This document shows, one piece after another, positions 42,030-53,732 of a stretch of DNA of 64,000 bases. Source of the stretch: Chrysomallon squamiferum (Eukaryota > Animalia > Mollusca); NCBI GenBank assembly GCA_012295275.1, contig CM022670.1, positions 28,334,001 to 28,398,000 of the forward strand, given 5' to 3'. A program made the position numbers and the translations under genes. The stretch's first letter is position 1, and the number at the start of each line of letters is the position of its first letter. A model generated the notes under the pieces. The model ran no database searches. It saw nothing but the letters and a program-made list of their open reading frames with translations, and was not told the DNA's origin.

Positions 42030-43325
42030 ATGCTGAAAAAGCTGGCTGGTTATTCTCCAATTCCACTGACAGATGATCACAAGGTGGTGAAATCTCAGTG
42101 TGCATGTTTTCCACTAAAACTGAAATGTTTCTTTGTTGTTGGTGCTCTGCTTCTATCTGTCATTCTGTGGTCTTGGCTGTCATATGCTAACCATAGTGTG
42201 TTGCCTTCAGCCTGGCCAGGAACTCATAAAGTTCAAGGAGGGAAAAAACACTATAATGGTTTGTTGGTTCCACTTGAGGGAAAGGAAACTAAAGAAGATC
42301 TGTCTACTAAAGTTAACAGTACCAAAACTGCTACACTGATTTCAAGAGAAAATGGTGAACATGATAAGATTAATGTTGATGAAGTTAGAAAACACAGTTT
42401 AGATGTCTTAAAGGGAGATGCTCACAATTTTGAAAAAGATTATGATAGAAAGAATTCAAAAGTAAATGATAATTATTATGATGAGAAAGATGAAAAGGTT
42501 TATACTGAATACAATGCAGCCATTAAGCACCAGGGAACATTAAAACAACATCTTCCTAAATGTATTGTGATAGGAGTATCAAAGGCTGGCACTTCGGCAT
42601 TGCTGTTCTTTCTAAAGAACCATCCCAAGATAGTTGTAGCAGAAAAAGAAATTCACTTCTTTGACATTAAAAGTAACTTCAATCAAGGCACTGAATGGTA
42701 CAAAGAACAGATGCCACTGTCATATGCTGATCAGATCACCATTGAGAAAACTCCATCATACTTTGTTTCTGTCAAAGTAGCCCAAAGAGTATACTCTGTA
42801 GACAGAACAATGAAGCTGATACTGATTGTGAGGGAACCAGTGAGCCGGGCAATCTCCCAGTATCTTCTGATTAGAAGATGGTATGACCGTCACCATGTGC
42901 CATACCCTTCTTTTGAATCAGTAGTTATCAATCCAGTAACAGGGTATGTTAACACCTCATTCAAGGCAGTTCGGAGCTCTGTGTACTCCGAATTAATCAA
43001 ACATTGGCTTGCTATTTTCCCCAGAGAGCAAATTCATGTTGTTGATGGTGACAACCTGAGGAAAGCACCATGGGAAGAGATAAGGAAAGTGGAAACATTT
43101 CTAGATTTGGATCATTTGCTTGGAAAGGAGATGTTTGTTTGGAATGATGTAAAAGGTTTTTATTGTATTCAGGCTGACTTGGGTGTGGAGGAGTGTCTTC
43201 CTGACCACAAGGGAAGACATCATCCTGTTGTTGATGCACAGGTTATTCGAAAGCTCAAGAATTTTTATCGACCATTTAATGAAAGGTTTTTTGAAATAGT
43301 AGGTCAGACATTTAACTGGGACTGA
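42030..43325 (+). CDS. HS3ST: Divergent HS3ST-like sulfotransferase, paralog C; single coding exon with a long stem
   Basis: 431 aa ORF with TM CFFVVGALLLSVILWSWLSY, a charged stem of about 120 aa, and motifs IVIGVSKAGTSALLFFL, EIHFFD, EKTPSYF, REPVSRAISQY, KGFYC...CLPDHKGRHHP. Acceptor TTTTTCAG ends at 42013. Confidence 0.92.
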   Translation: MLKKLAGYSPIPLTDDHKVVKSQCACFPLKLKCFFVVGALLLSVILWSWLSYANHSVLPSAWPGTHKVQGGKKHYNGLLVPLEGKETKEDLSTKVNSTKTATLISRENGEHDKINVDEVRKHSLDVLKGDAHNFEKDYDRKNSKVNDNYYDEKDEKVYTEYNAAIKHQGTLKQHLPKCIVIGVSKAGTSALLFFLKNHPKIVVAEKEIHFFDIKSNFNQGTEWYKEQMPLSYADQITIEKTPSYFVSVKVAQRVYSVDRTMKLILIVREPVSRAISQYLLIRRWYDRHHVPYPSFESVVINPVTGYVNTSFKAVRSSVYSELIKHWLAIFPREQIHVVDGDNLRKAPWEEIRKVETFLDLDHLLGKEMFVWNDVKGFYCIQADLGVEECLPDHKGRHHPVVDAQVIRKLKNFYRPFNERFFEIVGQTFNWD

Positions 43326-43838
43326 GGGTTGATATGGTGGAGTTATTATTGTTATTACTCTTCTTTTTTTCATTTTTTTTTCACTTAAGCTGAACCAGCA
43401 AGAAGATGACAGATAAGTATTTATTTAGTCTTGAACAAACACATTACAGGATTTACCTCACAGAGGCAGCAATCAGTTACTTCTGACTTGTTTGTTTAAA
43501 AAAAAAAAAAAATTGTTTCACTCTTCCTTTTGATTAAATAATTATAAATTTATATAAATTTCAAAGAACAAAAATAATGGTTTTCTGAAATAGTGCAGTC
43601 AATTCAATAAAACAAATATATATCCATGTTACAAATACCAAAATGATAGAATGTAAAATAGGAAAATAGCATTTTTTTTAAACGTTGGAGGTATTAGTTT
43701 TGTCCATTACATTTATTTATTGTTGTAAATTATATAGTCTAATTTATTAGAAAATGATACAGAAAGTAACAATTTTGAAAACATTCCAACGATACTTCAT
43801 GTAGAAATCAAACTTTTGCTTTTGATTTATTATTTTTA

Positions 43839-43891
<53 letters not shown>

Positions 43892-45817
43892 TTATTTATT
43901 TAATTTTTTAATTTTAATTTTAATTTTGTTGTACTATATTATAATTGTAACAGAACTATAACATATTACAACATGAACATACAAATAACAAATACTAATT
44001 CCAGGTTTGCAATTCACTTATAACACACTCTTGTTTTCAGTCATGTGCACCAACTTAATTATCTCACACTATAATACACAGATCTATACAGAATAATTTT
44101 TCACATTTATTTAGACGTTTTTGTTAACTAGCTGAACAGAATTTATCATCTCATATGACTTTATGATCACAAACTCCGTCAGTGTTTTTATTTCTTATAT
44201 TTCATACATAACATGTAAGATATGAGTATAGCCAAATGCAGTTATTTAATTGTACTTGTTTTGTTTTAAAATGGTATCAAACTTACAATTGTAGATGTTG
44301 TGATGTTCTTTCTTTGTTTTAGGAAATATGGTACCACAGTATATCAAAGTAATTAATTTATCTCGATTCTTTATTTTCAAACTTAATCAGAAGTAATATA
44401 ATATCATTTTTTTGTTTGTATTAATATAAATGGATATATAAATTCTTGGTCCTAGTTAAAGCTGATTTATGAATGAAACTAACAGATGGGTCTATTTTAT
44501 CACCAGTTTTAAATTATCTGTTGTGATAAATTAAATTTGCTTGCAAGTTACAGGTCACTTGTAATTTGAAAGGTCATTGTGTGCACTTCATCTGGTTAGT
44601 GAGAGTTACCTATTTAACAAACATATCTCTTTTATTTTACTTTACATCCTGCATCTTGCAGTTGGCCTGTCTTCAAATCTTAATGGCTTACTTTTAAATT
44701 TTTATCAGATTTAAAATGAGAAGTGCCAGACTGCAGTTAATTACCTCTTTGTTTTCACAGAAATAAAAAAATAAAATAACAATGAGGTAATCTGTTTGTA
44801 TGATAAACATTTGACACTGTGTCAGATACCAGAAGGTTCAACAGTCAGAGAATAATTACCTCCTGTAGGACTCCTGTCTTTCTCAAAACAATAGAAATGG
44901 AGTACTTACAATCTGGACATTATTATACTTAAATTACTTTTTCAAGCACAAATTTGTATGTTCAAAATTTGAAATGTTTATATTTTATGCTATTCTGTAG
45001 TTTATTGTGTTAACATTTATGTGTGAATGTTGTGTGTATATATATGCGTGTGTCTGTGTAATGTTAATGTTTTTAAAATATTGTCACTAAACCATATATG
45101 TAACAAATAATTAAAATGGCTGGTCCATATTCTGTATTAAATTTTTTTTTTTTTTTTTTTCAATAATATCTTCAGCTTCTTCAGCAATTTAATTTTTTTT
45201 TTTATATTCAATTATTTCTTAAATACAATAATAATTTTTTTTTTTTTTTAATATACATTTGTGTCTGAACATTTTCAAATAAAATAGTTAGGCTAGTTTT
45301 TATTTAATATGATGTTTATTTCATGGCCATTTTGATTCTTTGAACTTGAACAAAATCTGTTAACAGTATTGCTGCAAAATCATTAAACTGATTGTTGCAA
45401 ATCAAAATATTTCCATCCTTTATATTTGATATCCAACACCTTTATATTTACATATATATTTTTGTATGATAAATAGACTAGTTAGTCTGATCATGTAACC
45501 TATATTTTTATTCCTTGGCTGGACTAGTAGCTTTTATTAAATCAACATTAAATGTTCCTCTCTACCCTTGACCTTATAACAAAATTCTAAAGTCTGTTCC
45601 TTATTCTTAGGTGACATTCTGATAATCTCAAATCATGGACAAAGATAGAATATGATCAAATTGAGCCAAGCTGTACAAAGCATTGAAGTTTCATGTTTCT
45701 AAATTTCAGTTGGAATACCAGATCATAATAGTTAGTTTGCATGTACTGTACTGTAATATTTCTACAAATTTAGATGTTTAAGTAGTGCAGTTAGTGCAGC
45801 ATACATACACATGTATA

Positions 45818-46480
45818 CAGTAAACTCTCTAAATCTTGAAGTCAGTGGTACCTGAAATCAAGTTTGAAATATGATTATTTTTGAGATAATTAAAGACATA
45901 GAAGCACAGTAAAAATAACTGTTTGCAGTAATGTACATATGGTTTTTATTAAATGAAAATTCATCAATTCTTGTACTAGATGACTCAAGAAACACATTTC
46001 TTTCAGAATTGTTTGTTACCTAAACACAATCCCTCATTTAATGTTATTAGCTTTTGATCACAGGTGGATTTCGGAGACACCACTGTTAATTATTTTAATT
46101 TGACAGTATTGGTAAGAACAGTTAATTTACTTGAGTTTCAGCAAAGAAAACAGATATTTGATATGATTTAAACAACACAGCTTGCTAATAAGTATAATTA
46201 GAAAATTGGTCTACAGTGACTCTCATGAAAGACAAAAATGATTACTCTTTTTTTTTTTTTTTTTGAGTTTTAAACAAATTAAAAATTAACAAGTCTTTTT
46301 CAACTTTGAGAAAAATTTACAAAATATTCCATTTGGGACCAAATACAACATTTGAGATACTGTTCTTGATGTTGAAAATATACACACAGTTTATCACACA
46401 TAGAGAAGCAGTCAATACCCACATCATGCTACAAGACAGCATAATATTTGAGAAAATGACATTCGATATCGAGTTTTCTG
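45818..46480. mobile_element. Old Tc1/mariner (pogo/Tigger-like) MITE
   Basis: TA|CAGTAAACTC at the left end and GAGTTTTCTG|TA at the right (9/10 inverted match), with TA on both sides and internal TTTGAGATA-type motifs. Confidence 0.5.
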
Positions 46481-48692
46481 TATGTAAATATATTTTTTCA
46501 TAACATTCTTAATGTCACCAGTAAGTCAAATTTAAAAAAGGCTGTTGTTAAATGTATGAGTTTTATGTGGTCATATTATCAATTTTGAGGGCCTTCCAGC
46601 CTGTTTCCATTGTGCAGAAAATCATGGCATGACACGATCGATGGGAAGGTTTGATAAAAAAAAATCTTTCTGCTAATCAAAAAAAGGTAACCTGTCTGAA
46701 AGGGTTTCAAATTTCATTAACCTTGTCATTCTTAACCATATGATTATGACAAATTTGTCAGTGCTTACGGATTTTGTTAATTTTAAGATATCAATTTACT
46801 AATGTCCTTTAGACATGAGAAGACTTTTTTTTTATTTAGTATTTTTTTTTATTTATGTATAAAATATATAACAGACTATTTACCTAAAGGCTCAAACTTG
46901 TCTGTTGTGGGCAAGATTGGATTAGCTGTCTTGTCCAACAGCAGTCAGAAGTGGAATGCAAATAGTTTTATAAATTTTAGAATTTTGCAAACAAAGGTGC
47001 TGATGGTTTTCATGTACACAGGGGAAAAAAAGTACATATAATTATATATATATATACTCTTAGTGACTTACAGAATGTTTAAATTTTACTAGTGGTTCTA
47101 TCTTCAGTCGGGTGCAACTTAACAGATTTTATATTTGTTCTGGGATATCCAGCATTTAATGAAATTGTTTACTTAGCACTGCAGTTATTTTAATGAATGT
47201 TTGTATTTATTGTCCCACTTAGATATTTATTAGATATAATGTCGTTGACACATACACATACACACACACACAATCCTTTGTATATTTCTGTCTGATTTTA
47301 CTGCTAAATAATTGAATTATTGTTCCACAATGGCAAGAGTGAAATGTGGTACTGAAAGTAACTTAAATTTAGATGACACAAAAATCTTTTGTTCTTACAC
47401 TAGCATAAGAACATTATTCATATCTAAACTAAAACATATATATCTGAATTTATTTTGTACTGACAATAAATTTAGTTACTTAACATCAGAAAACAAATTG
47501 CTACCTCATGTAAAATTGTAGTCAGACTCAAAGGTTGAATTTTAAAAAATGTGAGATAAAAAAAGAAGATATTTTTTAAAAATATCTTTATTTCTTTTTC
47601 TTAGAGTGATAATGTATATTTTAAAATAGAACATTTTTTTAAATATCAATTTTATAGAAAGTAATTAATTGTATACATTTGTTGTTTAAACTGTTTTTAA
47701 ATTAACAGTTCTTAAAAAAAACAAAAAATATATTAATACTAATATTGAACTTCTAAATAATAATGAATAAAAGTGAAACAGCTTTTATATCTTGAATCAG
47801 GAAAACAAATATTGCTTTTAAAAAATACACCTTTGAATATCTATCTGTCTATGTATAATGGTTTAAATAAAATCATTGTTTATAAAAAAACAAGATAATA
47901 ATAAAATGCTGATGGAGTAAATTTTAATTTATCTTTCATTTTATTAAGTTTTATATTTTGAGTAATAAGATATTAATACATAGTTTGTTCTTAACATAAA
48001 ATGTTTTTTAAAAGTTAAGAATTTAATGGTCATAAAAAAAAGAAAAGAAAATGTTAAAAAAATGTATTTTTCATAAATTCGAGCATTTGAATTAATGTGT
48101 GACAATGGTGTATATATTTTTTGTTTCTTGTCTTCCACTGATTTGCTCACATCTGACATGCTCATTACAGATTTCACTTATTTGTGAATGTGATTTTCAC
48201 TTTGGTGTTTTAAACCACATTGTTATTATATATTACTAAATGGAATGCAAATTATTTCACAGATTGTAAATGAAATGTTTTTAACAAATTTGAAGAATTG
48301 TTAAACATAATTTTTTAATTTTAATTTTTTTTTTTAGAAATGATTTGTACCATTTATTTGTATACAGAACAGAATCAAAGATATTTGTTTGATCTACATT
48401 TTCATTTTGTATTTGAGGACACTTAATTTTCCTTTGTTGAGGGTAACAATATGAACTATATCAGGTTTTTTTTAATCTGTATATAAATTTTATGTGTATC
48501 TTTTTGATAAATTCATGCTGTAAATCAAAACAAAAGCATTTTACAGAAGCTATAAATCTTTTATTTTAGAAATATTGTTATTTGAGAGTTGAGGAATTTG
48601 TGACTTAAATATCTTACCTACAAAAATAAGAAAACAAATATTTTGTTGTTTTCTTCTCTGAGTTTTGAAAAATAAACTTCATTGGAAATTTG

Positions 48693-48726
<34 letters not shown>

Positions 48727-51700
48727 TTAATTTTGAAATCCAGTAATGAACAAAGAAATATTTTAATTTGAATTAAATATTAAAAGACTTTTCTCAGATT
48801 ATGAAAGGACAAATTTGCTTTTGGTGTTTTATATGTATTTTTAATATCACTTCTTTTATCAGTGCAGCATTTGTTTGTTGTTTAACTTCTTGCATACATA
48901 CTGGTATGTATCTCAAGTATGTGACCCAGAATTGGAAATACATGTATATAAGTATTTACACAGAGATTTTTTCTGTCCTAGTGTTACCAAACTGTTCCTG
49001 GGTGGAACCGTTTGTTTAATAAAGCTTTAAATGGTCAGTCATATTTAAATCTGTATGATACATATTTGTATATAATTACTGTTTTTAGGTTTTACATATA
49101 TCTTCAGCAATACACTCTGTTTTATGTTTAAATGTCTGTATATTCACTGCTTATTTGTTTGCTAAAATAATTTGGATTATTTCTTTCATCTTGTCCTTTT
49201 TTCAGTGTATATTTCAATATTTCTTTATCTTGCAAATTACTGAACAAAGATTTGAGGTAGGAATTTTACCCATAACTTTTTCTTTCTTTTTTTTCTCTCT
49301 CAGAAATAAGTGTAACTGTACAAATTTGAATTTGTAAATGATAATGTTGTTAGTTTACAAATTTTCTGTATTAGATGTTCTGCCTTTTATCAGTTCATGT
49401 CTTCATCAATATAAACTTTTACATCATTAGTTTTATTTGTAATAAAGTTTGGTGTATAATGAAATTCACCTTTATTATTAATGAGTCACCTAAGAAAAGA
49501 GAAGAAAATAATAAATACCCCAAATAATTAACTTTTATATATATATTTTTTGTTTTTTAAATAAATTCTGTTGACCTGAGAAAATATGTAAGACAATTTA
49601 TTAAGCTAGAAAGATTTATATTCTTGAGATATTTAAAATTCTGACATTAGTCTGTTATCATAGAACATTGCTGTGAAAAAAGGCTTAGACATTTTTGTAT
49701 GGCAATGCTAAAACCATCCTCTAGTTTCCTGCTTTAATTGAACTTCACAGTAGGAATATCCTGCCACTGGAGAATGTTGAATATCTCTTGCAGCTAATTG
49801 TTATAAATAAAGCACATACAAGAACTTGTTGTGTCTGTTTTTACAGATCACAATTAGCTGTGTTTAATAACATCTCTCAACACTGAAAAGTGATTAGAAA
49901 ATGTGTCTGAGACATGATACACTTGCTGCACCAGTTCTTGCCAATCTGACCACTTGTGTATTTCCAATCCATACTGGTTTCAGTAGATAAACCAGTGGAT
50001 TTAAAATCACATTTTTTATAAAGTGATAGTTTCCAAGATCAGTCCTTAGTGAACCCATTAGCCTGTTTCCTGTTCCTGCTAATTTGTCAAAGCCTATGAT
50101 TTATGCTTTCCTCTTCATAAAAACAAGTATATACTACTTTAATGCTAAATATCTGATATCCACTAGCTGATGATAGAAAATTCTTACTGTGGCTCTGTTA
50201 GGCAAAAAAGGTGCCTCTTACTATTGGTAAACAGAATATCTGATTCTAAACCTCTGTACACATTAAATCTTTCTAAATTCTTACTAGTCATTACTTTTTT
50301 CCTTCTTTCATTTTATAGTTAATTTATGTTTTACATTTTAGGACATATCACCAGATTTTGTTTTAAACTGGATTACACATTAACAGTAACATACAGTTTA
50401 GATGTTATTTTTATAGACTGCATCAGAATGTATTATATATATTTGTGCCATATTCAGATTAGGCCATTAAAAAAAAATAATAAAATAAAAAAAGTAATAT
50501 CTGTCAATAAATAATAGATTGTTTAACAACTATTTTATTTCATATATTAGGATTTTTGAAGCTACCATTTAAAAAAAAAAAAAAAAAAAAAAGAACTTAA
50601 TAAAAGAACCATTTTTATTTTTATTATTATATTTTTTATTGGCCTAATAGTTGTGTTGTAATAGTACTATTGTTTTGTTGTTGTTGATGTTGTGATAGTC
50701 AGCATGTTGATGTCACGAATTTAGTGTTTCTGGCAGCATTCATTTCTGACAAAATTAACAGACACTATTGTTGTTATTGCTGAAGTTTGAAAATACTTAA
50801 TATATCACTAACTACCATCAAGATATACATTTCACCAGAAATAAATAAGGTTATTTAACAACAAATAAAAAGACATGTCCAGTATTGTTGAGGTTTATTT
50901 ACATGCTATCTGAAAATGAAGATACACAGAAGTATAATAATAATAGTATTTATTTCTTTTTTTATTATTTTTTTTTTTTTTAATTTTCCAGTTTTTAAGT
51001 GGATAGAGATTTCCATCATTTAATATCATGAACTAAAGATGAAAAAAATCAAAAATCAAAAAATCAAGAAAAGAGTTGATGGTTGGTTGTATTTTACTAG
51101 AGAGAGAATGAGAGATAGAAATATTATACTAAAGTTTTGTACATCTACTTTGTCGTGATGAAAAATTTTAAATTTCAACATTTGTGTTGTGGTTTTTTTC
51201 AAATACTAACAGCTGCATCAATAATTTCTTTACACCATATTCATATTATTAAACAATTCTTTCCTAATCTGAAATACTACATATGCATTGTTTTTAAATT
51301 ATTTATTATTGTAGGGTTGTTTTTTTTTGAGGGTCAGGGTTTGTGTGTTTTTCAGAATTAATATATTATGCATTGTGAACCAAAATAATATGAAGATAGA
51401 TTTAAAACTTTAGTTAGTACTTAATATTGTCAGTGTTACTTGTTTGTAAAGAGGTTGTGGTATTAAAAATATTCTCGTCAGTTAACAGATTTCAGAAAAT
51501 ACTGTCAAAGTATTTTTTTTTTTTTTTTTTTTTTGACTTGGCTTTGTTATGTATATATTGTTTTGTATTGTTGATTTTGTTCACTAATGGAAACCAAAAT
51601 AAAAAAAAAATAAAAATTATTGACATCTGTTATTTATGCACGCTATTTGAAATTCAAGAAAATACCGCCATCTCTAATGAACTGTTGAGAAAAACTGAAA

Positions 51701-52705
51701 TGACATTCATTTTGCCTGTTACTAAATATCAACATGAAATGAATTTGTAAGACAAAAATTTGACCAGTCACTGGCTTTTGCAATAATGGAACACATTTTC
51801 TTTTTGCTTTACTTAATAGACATTACAAATTAACCATATTTCCACACACCTTTAATTTACTTTTATGAATAATATCTAAACAAATCAGAATGGAATCTGA
51901 TGGTCACTGTATATCCACACAGAATGTTGTAGTAAGCAAATAAGAAAACTTACTACGGCAAGTGTGATATGGTTGATTCATTATTTCTATCATCATCACT
52001 GGCAGTATCAGTTGAAGCATATCTCTTTAAAATAATTCTCAGTAACAAATATTAAGAGAAGTTTTACATTAAACATATACATCATTCATTCACCTTTTAT
52101 AAATAAATATTACAAGTTTCAATCCACATCCGCTACTTCAATTCCATAAAAAAACACAAAAAAATACCAAGAAAAACTAAACAAATCAACAAAAAAACGT
52201 GATAACCAACAACCTTTCATGTGAGGATCTAACCATACTAGCCTTACATAACAAATTATAAAATAAAAATAAAAATGATATAAAATGAATAATAATGATA
52301 AAAATAATAATAAAAATATCATGACAAAAACATGAATCCAGGCAACTGAATGTTCCTATTTTTATTCCTTAGTATTGTATTTCATTGCTGTAGTCATAAT
52401 AACAATAAACTGATTATAGATAATAAACGAAAAAACTAACAATAAATTTTGGAAGGCACTTATGAATGGCCGGCCAATAACTCAAAGTCCCTTACCCGGA
52501 CATTTGTCCGATGTTCTTACGAATATTTATAGAATATATAACTTTTTTTTTTTACTTTTTTCATTATTATTATTATTATTATTATTTTTATTTTAATATG
52601 ACCATGCATATTAAAACTGAGGTGATATCTAGCCGAGATGGTAATTTAACGACGTCGTTTGTAAATTCAAATAAGAAACATTGCTTTGGTTTGTGTTGTT
52701 TAGAC

Positions 52706-53732
52706 CACTGGTTCTCGCACCCGGAGACATGCTAAGGTGTACCCCATGAAATTCTAGCATCTAGCTAGATATTTGTGATGATAAAAAATTGATTATGTTA
52801 AAAGCGGAAAGATATCCAGTAAGAAATAACCAGGCCCGGAAGAAGATTTTATACACGTTGCAAACTCGTTCGAAACGAGTTTTGACTGATGAGCAAGCGC
52901 GGCTGCTCAAGGCTGCGCAGTAGTTTACCAGTGACAGTATCAGTGATAGGGTGTGCATGTGTTATAAATAGCAAAAGTTTTCTTGTGACAAGTATTCCTA
53001 TCACTGTCACAGTCACTGCCCATCTAAAACTTTAATACGTTATCATAAAGTTTATAAAATTTTAGCCTATTATATTTTTGAAGAACTTGCCAAGACACAT
53101 CAGGCTCATACTTCTCAATAAGCACAAAATCGATGATAAATGAAAATATATACTCACACAAGGGCGGTAACTCTAAATATATCAGTGAACATCTCACACA
53201 AGGGCGGTAACTCTAAATATATCAATGAACATCTCTCAAACAAGGGCGGTAATTCTAAATATATCAGTGAACATCTCTCAAACAAGGGAGGTAATTCTAA
53301 ATATATCAGTGAACATCTCACACAAGGACCATAACTAAATATATCAGTGAACATCTCTCACACAAGGGCGGTAACTCTACATCAGTGAACATCTTTCATA
53401 CAAGGGCGGTAACTCTAAATATGCCAGTGAACATCTGTCACATAAAGGCAGTAATTCTAAATATATAGTGAACATCTGTCATAGAAGAAAAACAAATGGT
53501 TCAGATTCCAGACAAGTACCGTTTATACGCGAAATGACACAGATGTAGACAATGAGGACAGACAACCTCGGCAGCCTCCTCTCGACCGATTCTGCAGCAA
53601 TATCCTTCTTTCAGTTATTTCTGTATTTTTTTACATTTTGCAATATACTTCTTAGCATTTTGTGTGTAGTATGCCCACAATTTTGTGTAAGGATCAAATG
53701 TGCCCCGACTTCAAAAAGTTAGAAAACCACTG
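52706..53732. mobile_element. Non-autonomous hAT (Charlie-like) DNA transposon, about 1.03 kb
   Basis: TIRs CACTGGTTCTC (52706) and GAAAACCACTG (ends 53732; reverse complement CAGTGGTTTTC, 9/11 match). Flanked by an 8-bp TSD GTTTAGAC (52698-52705) / CTTTAGAC (53733-53740), close to the hAT-Charlie nTCTAGAn target preference. Confidence 0.75.
53155..53483. repeat. Minisatellite, about 8 units of 38-42 bp (AAGGGCGGTAACTCTAAATATATCAGTGAACATCTC[TC]ACAC), inside the hAT element
   Basis: Tandem units are directly visible and produce the periodic ORFs at 53140 and 53154. Confidence 0.95.

Noticed and set aside
22741-42030. Operon or SL trans-splicing explanation for the ATG-proximal acceptors
   Set aside because: Spacing of 9-10 kb and plausible cis donors about 0.8 kb upstream of A and C make cis-splicing simpler.
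39125-49025. Poly(A) site assignments (AATAAA near 39130 and 49018)
   Set aside because: AATAAA is too frequent here to assign without 3'-end data.
53155-53483. CRISPR-like appearance of ~40-bp repeats (also 60495-60644 and 3340-3660)
   Set aside because: The units are head-to-tail with no unique spacers, there are no cas genes, and the context is eukaryotic.
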